Shown here: piece after piece, positions 1 to 7,719 of the stretch
How the letters are laid out: each line of letters starts with the position of its first letter
How positions within the stretch are numbered: the stretch's first letter is position 1
DNA from: an uncultured Geobacter sp.
GTDB lineage: Bacteria; Desulfobacterota; Desulfuromonadia; Geobacterales; Geobacteraceae
Direction of reading: 5' to 3'
Assembly: GCA_903915655.1 (NCBI GenBank)
Contig: CAIWTU010000039.1
Location: forward strand, 24,113 to 88,112
Length of the DNA: 64,000 nt
Notes under the pieces: model-generated
Database searches by the model: none
The model's input: only the letters and a program-made list of their open reading frames with translations
What the model was told of the DNA's origin: nothing
Program-made: the position numbers and the translations under genes

Positions 1-717
1 GGCAAGGATGGCGCCGCAGTTTCGACCATCGAACATTTGATGGCGGCCCTGTTTGGAACTGGAATTGATAATGCGCATGTTGATATAGATGGTCAGGAAG
101 TCCCGATAATGGACGGTAGCGCCGGACCGTTTGTAGCTGCACTGCGGGAAGCCGGCACAAAGGTACTTTCCAGGCCGAGGAAATATATGGTGGTTACGAA
201 AGCTGTTACTGTTCTGGACGGCGACAAGAAAATCACAATAATTCCTTCACGCTATTTCAGGATTTCATTCGATATGCGTTTCAACCATCCTGTTGTAAAC
301 AATCAGTTTAAAAGCATGAAATTTTCTGCCGACACCTTCGCTGCAGAGTATGCTTCCGCCAGGACATTCGGTTTCCTTGCCGAGGTCGAGACACTCAAGG
401 CTAACGGTTTGGCACGGGGCGGTTCTTTGGAAAACGCGGTTGTGATTGGTGACGATGGAATTCTCAACGAAGAAGGATTGCGTTTTGCAGATGAGTTTGT
501 ACGGCACAAAATTCTTGATTCTACCGGGGATCTATATCTGGCGGGGTACAGGATAATAGGTCATGTGAAAGCGTTCAAATCGGGACATGATTTGAATCAT
601 AAGATGGTAACCGAACTCCTTGCGAAAAAAGATTGCTGGAAACTGGTTGACCAGACTGAGATAGAGGATTCAGAGGTTTCATTCCCTTTGTCAGAGTTAA
701 TCTGGTCAGAAGCGTAA
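1..717 (+). CDS. lpxC: UDP-3-O-acyl-N-acetylglucosamine deacetylase LpxC, 5'-partial (N-terminus outside window)
   Basis: Frame 1 is open from base 1 (GKDGAAVSTIEHLMAAL...). It continues into the listed 226-aa ORF with LpxC-typical FVRHKILDSTGDLYL and AFKSGHDLNHKMV segments. A strong terminator follows. Confidence 0.9.
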   Translation, partial: GKDGAAVSTIEHLMAALFGTGIDNAHVDIDGQEVPIMDGSAGPFVAALREAGTKVLSRPRKYMVVTKAVTVLDGDKKITIIPSRYFRISFDMRFNHPVVNNQFKSMKFSADTFAAEYASARTFGFLAEVETLKANGLARGGSLENAVVIGDDGILNEEGLRFADEFVRHKILDSTGDLYLAGYRIIGHVKAFKSGHDLNHKMVTELLAKKDCWKLVDQTEIEDSEVSFPLSELIWSEA

Positions 718-744
718 GTAGGAATTTATCTCCCCCCCTTTGAA

Positions 745-772
745 ACAGCCCGTAAACGGGCTGTTTTTTTTT
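745..772 (+). terminator. Rho-independent terminator of lpxC
   Basis: Hairpin acagcccg-taaa-cgggctgt followed by a run of 9 T. Confidence 0.85.
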
Positions 773-808
773 GTCATTCCTATACAAAAGTTGCAATTCC
801 TTGAATAA
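768..808. repeat. Direct repeat copy 1 (tttttgtcattcctatacaaaagttgcaattccttgaataa)
   Basis: About 40 nt, near-identical (a few mismatches) to 3737-3776. The two copies bracket the roughly 3 kb cassette. Confidence 0.75.
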
Positions 809-816
809 CGAAAGCC

Positions 817-1077
817 GTGGAGATAGGAACAATAGTCACCAGAGTATGCGAGCGTTACGGAATAGCAGCAGACTCATTGCTTGAGCAGAGCCGCAGAGCA
901 ACAATTACAGTAGCCCGGAGCGTGATCTGCTATCTGGCGGTACGTCGTGCCAGGCACAGTGGCTCCCTGGTAGACAGGTTGGTGAATCTGCAACGAGCCG
1001 GAGTTACTGTTGCTGCTGGGTGGGGGGAGAAGTTGGTGCAGGACGATCCTGTTCTTTTGGGAATAATCAACAAATAA
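817..1077 (+). pseudogene. Probable C-terminal fragment of a REP-associated/IS200-like transposase carrying a DnaA-C-like HTH
   Basis: The 86-aa ORF (…LLEQSRRATITVARSVICYLAVRR…GSLVDRL…) resembles the DnaA_C-type HTH tail of such transposases. No catalytic N-terminal part is present. Assignment is from memory of the family only. Confidence 0.4.
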
Positions 1078-1253
1078 ACTACTCTACCAGAAGGCCCCCG
1101 TTTGCCCCGGACGAGCAATCCTGATCGCAGACAGCACTCTTTTTCATGCACACCTTCCTCATGTAAAATGCTCCATCCTTGACCTGGGTCATAAGCTTTC
1201 TTCGTTTATGTAGCTATCCTGAAGCCACTACAACGAGGGGAGGGCCCACGATC

Positions 1254-2657
1254 ATGGCACCACCAGTACAACAAACCGCTGTCAAATCCATACAAGAATA
1301 CTTCCAGTGCAAGCTGAGGGAACCCCGCAGACTCTGTCTCGTCACAGCGCCAGACGGCTCCGTTCACCCGGCTCTGAAGGAGTTTCCGTCGCGCCTGTTC
1401 GTCGAGACGACGACCCGCTGCAACCTGCTCTGTGCCATGTGCGTCAAGCAGACGCCCGACTGCGGTGTCGTCGACGGGGATCTTTCCCCGGAAACCTTCG
1501 CTGCCCTGGAATCGGCCCTGCCCTACTGCGAGGCGCTGGTTCTGAACGGCATCGGTGAGCCGCTGCTCAATCGGCACTTGGAAGCGTTTGTTGCCCGTGC
1601 AAAAGTGCTGATGCCGGCCGGCAGCTGGGTCGGTTTCCAGAGCAACGGCCAGCTCCTAGACGAAGCACGGGCGGTTGCCCTGGTGGAGGCAGGTCTGGAT
1701 CGGCTCTGCATGTCCCTGGATTCGGTCTGCCCCGATACCTTTCGCAAACTGCGGGAGGGGGGTGATGTACTGCATCTGGACCGGGCACTGGCAGCGCTGC
1801 GCACGGCAAAGAAGCGGAGCGGGCGGACGAATCCCCGCGTGGGGCTCGAGTTCGTGCTCATGAAGGACAATGCCGGCGGACTGCCGGAGACATTGCGCTG
1901 GGCGGCCGAACGCGGTGTGGATTTTGCCATCGTCACCCACCTTCTTCCCTATGACGGTAAACACGTTGAGCAGATCGCCTATGACAGCAACACCGATGAA
2001 GCGGTCGCCTTCTTCAAACCCTGGAAGGAACGGGCAGAGGCGGAAGGTTTTGATCTGCGCCATTATTTCAAGACCATGTGGAACTACCTGCGTACCCCCG
2101 AGGAGCAGCGTATTGTTGATTTTGTGAAGGAAATGCAGGCCGAGGCCAGTGCACGGGAGTTGTTCCTCAATATGAAGAACCTGCTTGACCGTGACGAGAG
2201 CTGGGTTGCGGAGCTGGAAAGTATTTTTGCTGAAGCGCGGCAGGTTGCTGCTGAGACTGGTGTCGAACTGACTCTGCCGGAGGTGTTGCCTAAGGGGGAT
2301 CGCCGCTGTGATTTCGTCGACCGGGGTGGTGCCTTTATCTCCTGGGATGGTGCCGTACACAACTGCTACTTCCTCTGGCATACGTTCAGCTGCCACTTTT
2401 CCGGGCGGAAGAAATACGTGGAGGCCAGGGTGTTCGGTCGCTTGTCCGAGCACTGCATGAGGGATATCTGGAACGATCAGGCGTTCCGCTCCTTCCGGAA
2501 GGAGGTGCTGCGCCACGAATACCCCTTCTGCTCCAACTGCAACCTGGTGCCCTGCGAATATATCTATGCGGAGGAGTTCGAACAGGATTGCTTCACCAAC
2601 CAGGTGCCCTGCGGTGATTGTTTCTGGTGCATGGGATTATTCAATTGTCTCCAGTGA
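1254..2657 (+). CDS. Radical SAM / SPASM-domain protein (peptide- or cofactor-maturase-like)
   Basis: CNLLCAMC (CxxxCxxC) radical-SAM cluster motif after FVETTTR. Cys-rich C-terminus typical of SPASM (CYFLWHTFSC…FCSNCNLVPC…CGDCFWC). ATG at 1254 is preceded by GGGGAGGG; the longer ORF from 1179 is less likely. Confidence 0.85.
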   Translation: MAPPVQQTAVKSIQEYFQCKLREPRRLCLVTAPDGSVHPALKEFPSRLFVETTTRCNLLCAMCVKQTPDCGVVDGDLSPETFAALESALPYCEALVLNGIGEPLLNRHLEAFVARAKVLMPAGSWVGFQSNGQLLDEARAVALVEAGLDRLCMSLDSVCPDTFRKLREGGDVLHLDRALAALRTAKKRSGRTNPRVGLEFVLMKDNAGGLPETLRWAAERGVDFAIVTHLLPYDGKHVEQIAYDSNTDEAVAFFKPWKERAEAEGFDLRHYFKTMWNYLRTPEEQRIVDFVKEMQAEASARELFLNMKNLLDRDESWVAELESIFAEARQVAAETGVELTLPEVLPKGDRRCDFVDRGGAFISWDGAVHNCYFLWHTFSCHFSGRKKYVEARVFGRLSEHCMRDIWNDQAFRSFRKEVLRHEYPFCSNCNLVPCEYIYAEEFEQDCFTNQVPCGDCFWCMGLFNCLQ

Positions 2658-2873
2658 GAGGTGAGAAGTAAGAAGTCGGGAGGCAAAAGGCAGAATGAGG
2701 CTGAGAAAGCGGTTGGAAATGATAGGGGTGTTGCTTGCAGTGCCGATGGTATCGGTCAGGGCGACCAGATATTCGTGACTGCAATCGTCTGATGAGGGTG
2801 AGTTTCAGGTAATAAACGTTGCAGCCTTTTCGTTCAAAGCCTCCCAGAAACTCCCCCATTAACCAATCGGGCA

Positions 2874-3200
2874 TCACGCATCTAATAATCGCCGTTGTAA
2901 CAGCCTCTGCATATCGCGACGGCCATCGACAATCAGCAGAACGTAGACCTCCTTGTCCAAGATTCGGTAAATGATACGGTAGGGTTTGAAGAAGATCTCG
3001 CGGTATTCGCGAATCCCTAGCGCCGCCAGTTCTTTAGGATAGTCGCCCCGCTCTGGGAATTCAGACAACCTGGAGAAGGCTTTCTCGATTTGCTCCAAAA
3101 CGTAGTCCGCTTCTTTAGGCGTATCATGCAGAGCGATGTAATCATAAAGCACTACGAGATCACGTGCCGCATCATTGGTTAGCAAAACCGCGAACGGCAT
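2874..3200 (-). CDS. ParE/RelE-family toxin
   Basis: 108 aa with a typical ParE-like profile (…YDYIA…FPERG…REIFFKPYRIIYRI…VYVLLIVDGRRDM). Its start overlaps the antitoxin stop by 1 nt. Confidence 0.85.
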   Translation of the reverse strand: MPFAVLLTNDAARDLVVLYDYIALHDTPKEADYVLEQIEKAFSRLSEFPERGDYPKELAALGIREYREIFFKPYRIIYRILDKEVYVLLIVDGRRDMQRLLQRRLLDA

Positions 3201-3475
3201 CAGTAGCCCTCCCGCCGTGCGCGCAGACGTTTAATCACATCTTCTGCAGACAGGACCTTGCCTTCCTCAATCTGATGCATCCCAAGCGCCAGTATTTTCA
3301 AGAGAGCCATTGTTTCCTGGGTTTGCTCGTAGCTCTCGATGTCCTGTATGACCACCTTGGCTTCGCCATTCTGGGTGATAATCAGCGCCTCTTGCTGTTC
3401 GCCCAGGTTCCTTACAATTTCGGCGGCATGGGCCTTGAGGTAACTGATGGGCTTGATCTGGCTGGACAGCTTCAT
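3200..3475 (-). CDS. Phd/YefM-family antitoxin
   Basis: 91 aa. The N-terminus …ISYLKAHAAEIVRNL…ALIITQNGEAKVVIQDIESYE… is a classic Phd/YefM fold signature. It sits upstream of, and overlaps, the toxin gene. Confidence 0.85.
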   Translation of the reverse strand: MKLSSQIKPISYLKAHAAEIVRNLGEQQEALIITQNGEAKVVIQDIESYEQTQETMALLKILALGMHQIEEGKVLSAEDVIKRLRARREGY

Positions 3476-3657
3476 TGGAGTACCTCCACTTCTTAAATAT
3501 GACTAAATATAGTCCATAAACAGGTCTATAGTCAAGATTAATGATTTTCTCGATGCTGAGTCTGATGGATGTCATTTCAATACAGGGGAGACAATATGAT
3601 CTAAGCAGGGTACGAACAGGTGCAACCGTTTCAGTAACCTGAAAATAGAATTGAGAT

Positions 3658-3737
3658 GAGCCGTATACGAGGCCCGTACGTACGGTTCTATGAGAGGGAT
3701 GAGGTGAGATTGATCTTCTCACCTCACCCTGCTAGAT
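3658..3737 (+). mobile_element. Group II intron 3'-terminal remnant (domain V plus domain VI), no intron-encoded protein present
   Basis: GAGCCGTAT-ACGAGGCCCGT-AC-GTACGGTTC (3658-3688) fits the domain V consensus: lower stem GAGCCGUAU/GUACGGUUC, a 2-nt bulge and a short upper stem. It is followed by a long hairpin (gaggtgaga…tctcacctc) with an unpaired A on the 3' arm, like domain VI. Confidence 0.5.
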
Positions 3738-3776
3738 TTTGTCATTCCTACATAAAAACTGCAATTCCTTGAATAA
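3737..3776. repeat. Direct repeat copy 2 (ttttgtcattcctacataaaaactgcaattccttgaataa)
   Basis: Near-identical to 768-808. It begins immediately after the putative intron 3' end. Confidence 0.75.
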
Positions 3777-3847
3777 TTGGGATCTTTCGGTTACAGTAAA
3801 TCCGGGTTACCTGCAAATTACCGTATCTCGCAGGAGTTGTTCTGGAG

Positions 3848-6142
3848 ATGATTTCCTGGACTAACGAGAGTAATTTTATTAAACAGGCTGCAGGGAAAGA
3901 TATGGGAAACAAGAAAAGAGATCTGCTGACCCCTTATGAATTGCGTAAACGGAAACGGGAAGCGATTATTATCGCTGTTTCAACTCTCTTTATTGTTTTT
4001 CTCACCCTGGCGGAGTTCCAATTATCCAGACTTAGCCCTGACTTTCCTGCCGGTAACAATATCCTGATTTTTGGACTCATAAACGTAATTCTTCTTCTCA
4101 TAATACTACTCGTATACCTGGTGTTTCGTAATATTGCCAAGTTGATGCTGGACCGGAAGAGTAATCCATTCGGAGCCAAACTGCGAGGCAAACTCGTACT
4201 CGCTTTCGTGGGGATATCCATTATTCCGACCATTTTACTTTTTTTTGTCTCTGCAAGCTTCATTAACATGAGCATAAAACGGTGGCTTAATAAGCAGGTC
4301 GAAACTGCGCTTGAGGAGTCTCTGAGTGTTGCTCAGACTTACTACAGGAATTCTGAAGAGAACGCGATATTTTATGGCCGGCAATTGAGCAGGATTATAA
4401 AAGAGGAGAAGCTGCTTAATGAGCAGAATCTGCCTCAACTGAAAGAACTGATACGACAGAAGCAGAAAGAGTATAACCTCGGAATAGTAGAGGTGTTTTC
4501 CGCGCAACATGAAGAACTCGTACGCGCTTCTAATCCCAAAGTGCCACTGGGCGAATTTGTTAACCCCTCTTCAGCTGATATCAAGAGTGTACTTGGGGGG
4601 CGTGAGTTTGCCAGGGTGAACCGGGCGGGGGAGGCAGACCTGATCAGAGGTATAGTTCCGGTCTACTCCAGTTGGAATTCCCGGGATGTTGTAGGGGTGG
4701 TAGTTGTAAACTATTACGTTCCCTACTCTCTGGTAAATAAAATGCAAAAAATATCGAGCGAGTATATAAAGTACCGTCAGATGAAAATGCTGAAATCTCC
4801 GATAAGGAGCGGATATATACTGACTCTGTTTCTTATTACTGTTGTCATAGTTTTTCTTGCCACCTGGTTTGGTGTCTATCTTGCCAACAGTCTTACTACT
4901 CCGATCAAGGAGTTGGCGGAAGCTACCGGGAGGGTTGCTGAAGGAGACCTGGACATACTTCTCGAGGGTGAGGGGGGTGATGAGATAGGGATGCTGGTTG
5001 CTTCCTTCAATAAGATGACGGAAGATCTCCGCAACAATCAACTCGCTATCAGAGAGACCAACGCTGAACTTACCGGAAGCAACCTGGAGCTGGAACAGCG
5101 GCGCCGTTATATGGAAATAGTCTTGCGCAACGTAACGGCCGGTGTCATTTCCGTCGATAAGGAAGGGATCCTGACTACGGTCAACAAGTCTGCCGAGCGC
5201 CTGCTCAACATCTCCACGGAGAACGTTATCGGCAAGCACTTCCGCGAGATTCTCAGAACGGCCCAACTGGATATTATCAAGGGACTTTTGCGTGATATGG
5301 TCTTGTCCAAAAAAGACACAATCTATAAGCAGGTTACCTTGCCTCTTAAGGATACAACACTTACGCTGCTGGTCAATCTGACGGTATTGAAGGACGAGAG
5401 CGGGGAGTTTATGGGAACAGTAGTGGTGTTCGATGACCTTACCCAGTTAATCAAGGCACAACGAATGGCAGCCTGGAGGGAAGTTGCCCGAAGAATTGCC
5501 CATGAAATTAAAAACCCGTTGACGCCGATCAAACTTTCGGCCCAACGGTTGCGCAAGCGCTATCTGTCACGTTTCGAGGAGGATGAAAAAGTATTTGATG
5601 AATGTACGGATATGATAATAAAATCGGTAGATGAACTCAAAATCCTGGTCGATGAGTTTTCCAGTTTTGCTAGGATGCCGGCTGCCCAGCCGGCTGCCAA
5701 TAATTTAAACGAAATAATCCGGGATTCTATCACCCTTTATCAGGAGGCCCACCGCACTATAAACTTTACTTTCCGGGCTGACGACTCCATTCCTGTCCTG
5801 AAGCTCGACCGGGACCAGATCAAACGTGTTCTGATTAATCTATTGGATAATGCGGTTGCAGCGGTTGACGGAAGTGGGGAAATAGATATTGAGAGCATCT
5901 ATAACAGGGAATTGCAGATGGTAACCTTTATCGTTGCAGACACCGGTCACGGAATAACTCCGGAAGACAAGCCGAGACTTTTTGAGCCCTATTTCTCGAC
6001 TAAAAAGTCAGGTACTGGTCTCGGACTTGCGATAGTCAACAGTATAATTGCGGATCATAACGGTTTTATTCGTGTGAAAGATAACGAGCCAAGGGGAACC
6101 AGGTTCATAATAGAGCTACCAATCACAGGTGCGTGGGGTTGA
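3848..6142 (+). CDS. NtrY-like membrane sensor histidine kinase (TM, HAMP, PAS, HisKA, HATPase)
   Basis: N-terminal TM segments and a HAMP-like segment (PIKELAEATGRVAEGDLD). PAS region, H-box HEIKNPLTPI, N-box LLDNAV, G-boxes DTGHGI and GTGLGL. The start may be the ATG at 3902. Confidence 0.88.
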   Translation: MISWTNESNFIKQAAGKDMGNKKRDLLTPYELRKRKREAIIIAVSTLFIVFLTLAEFQLSRLSPDFPAGNNILIFGLINVILLLIILLVYLVFRNIAKLMLDRKSNPFGAKLRGKLVLAFVGISIIPTILLFFVSASFINMSIKRWLNKQVETALEESLSVAQTYYRNSEENAIFYGRQLSRIIKEEKLLNEQNLPQLKELIRQKQKEYNLGIVEVFSAQHEELVRASNPKVPLGEFVNPSSADIKSVLGGREFARVNRAGEADLIRGIVPVYSSWNSRDVVGVVVVNYYVPYSLVNKMQKISSEYIKYRQMKMLKSPIRSGYILTLFLITVVIVFLATWFGVYLANSLTTPIKELAEATGRVAEGDLDILLEGEGGDEIGMLVASFNKMTEDLRNNQLAIRETNAELTGSNLELEQRRRYMEIVLRNVTAGVISVDKEGILTTVNKSAERLLNISTENVIGKHFREILRTAQLDIIKGLLRDMVLSKKDTIYKQVTLPLKDTTLTLLVNLTVLKDESGEFMGTVVVFDDLTQLIKAQRMAAWREVARRIAHEIKNPLTPIKLSAQRLRKRYLSRFEEDEKVFDECTDMIIKSVDELKILVDEFSSFARMPAAQPAANNLNEIIRDSITLYQEAHRTINFTFRADDSIPVLKLDRDQIKRVLINLLDNAVAAVDGSGEIDIESIYNRELQMVTFIVADTGHGITPEDKPRLFEPYFSTKKSGTGLGLAIVNSIIADHNGFIRVKDNEPRGTRFIIELPITGAWG

Positions 6143-6207
6143 AAGGCGCCTAACAATGAACAGTCGGTATTCTGTACACTCTATGCTGAAATAATCAGGG
6201 AAGGGCT

Positions 6208-7584
6208 ATGAACGAAAAGATACTTGTTGTAGATGATGAAGAAAGCATTCGGACATCACTCACCGGCATACTGGAAGATGAGGATTTTACCGTTTCTTCT
6301 GCCGCTGAAGGGTTTGAAGCTCTGGAAAAAGTGCGGAGGGAGATGCCTGATCTGGTTCTTCTCGATATCTGGATGCCCCGCATGGATGGTCTGGAAACCC
6401 TTCAAAGGCTGAAGGAGATGAATCCTTCTCTTTTCGTAATCATGATGTCCGGCCACGGTACCATTGAAACGGCGGTTAAATCTACCAAAATAGGTGCTTA
6501 CGATTTTATTGAAAAGCCGCTGTCGCTCGAAAAACTTCTTGTTATCATAAAAAACGCCCTTTCGATGAAAAAGCTGAGGGCTGAAAACGATTCTTTACGG
6601 GAACTTGCTTTTCAGGACCAGGAGATGACCGGAAACTCCCGGTCAATGAGCAAATTGAAAGAGCAGATAAAACTGGTCGCCCCCACCAATGCCTCTGTCC
6701 TGATTAACGGAGAAAACGGAACCGGCAAGGAGCTGGTTGCCCGTTCCATCCATTATTACAGTCTGCGCCGGAACAAGCCCTTCCTGGAGATCAATTGTGC
6801 GGCAATACCGGAAGCGCTGATCGAAAGCGAGTTGTTCGGCCATGAAAAGGGTGCTTTTACCGGTGCAGTCGCCCAGAAGAAGGGAAAATTTGATCTGGCC
6901 GATGGCGGCACAATTTTCCTGGATGAAATCGGCGACATGTCGCTCAAAACGCAGGCCAAGCTGTTGCGCATCCTGCAGGAGAGAAAATTCGAACGGGTCG
7001 GTGGGACCCGGACCATTGAAGTGGATGTTCGAGTCATTGCTGCAACCAACAAGATCCTTGAGGAAGAGATGAAAGCCGGTAATTTCCGGGAGGATCTTTT
7101 TTACAGGCTTAACGTGGTCCCCTTCACGGTTCCGCCGCTTCGCGAGCGAAATGAGGATATCTGTCAGCTGACAGACCATTTCTTGAGTATCTTCTGTAAC
7201 CGGGAAGGGCGTGATTTCAAGGTTTTTACACCGGAAGCCTTGAGGTTGATGAAGAATTATGATTGGCCGGGGAATGTTCGGGAATTGAAGAATATTGTCG
7301 AACGTCTGGTAATCATGACTCCGGACACAACCATACAGGTAAATCATTTGCCGTCATATATCGCAGATAAGCATACGATCAGGGAAGAGGTTGCCCCTTT
7401 ACGGGAAAACGTCCAGGATCGAAGTACTCTGCGCGAAGCAAGGGAAGAGTTTGAAAAAGAATTCATAATCCTGAAACTGGAAGAAAATCACTGGAATATC
7501 AGCAAAACAGCCGAATCTATTGAGCTTGAGCGGAGTAACCTCTATCGCAAGATCAAGAGTTACGGTATTGATAAGAAGAAGTGA
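6208..7584 (+). CDS. Sigma-54-dependent response regulator (NtrX/NtrC family)
   Basis: Receiver domain (VVDDEESIR…LLDIWMP). AAA+ Walker A GENGTGKE, GAFTGA loop (EKGAFTGA), and a C-terminal Fis-type HTH. Confidence 0.92.
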   Translation: MNEKILVVDDEESIRTSLTGILEDEDFTVSSAAEGFEALEKVRREMPDLVLLDIWMPRMDGLETLQRLKEMNPSLFVIMMSGHGTIETAVKSTKIGAYDFIEKPLSLEKLLVIIKNALSMKKLRAENDSLRELAFQDQEMTGNSRSMSKLKEQIKLVAPTNASVLINGENGTGKELVARSIHYYSLRRNKPFLEINCAAIPEALIESELFGHEKGAFTGAVAQKKGKFDLADGGTIFLDEIGDMSLKTQAKLLRILQERKFERVGGTRTIEVDVRVIAATNKILEEEMKAGNFREDLFYRLNVVPFTVPPLRERNEDICQLTDHFLSIFCNREGRDFKVFTPEALRLMKNYDWPGNVRELKNIVERLVIMTPDTTIQVNHLPSYIADKHTIREEVAPLRENVQDRSTLREAREEFEKEFIILKLEENHWNISKTAESIELERSNLYRKIKSYGIDKKK

Positions 7585-7719
7585 AAGAAGGGACGATTTA
7601 TTGCCGTTATATTTAAGCTGAAAGATTACGGAAATTTTTCTGTACGGCTCCTATAACTAATTGCTAATCGACTGGTCAGAATCTGAAATATTTATTAATA
7701 TGAAGAGTGAGAGGTAACG

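Noticed and set aside
1656-2516. 286-aa minus-strand ORF and several 60-140-aa ORFs inside 1179-2657
   Set aside because: These are antisense or alternate-frame ORFs within the radical-SAM gene, typical for GC-rich coding DNA. They have no recognisable domains.
4571-5266. 231-aa minus-strand ORF, plus the similar 6643-7347 ORF (234 aa)
   Set aside because: They lie antisense to the histidine kinase and the sigma-54 regulator respectively, with no supporting features.
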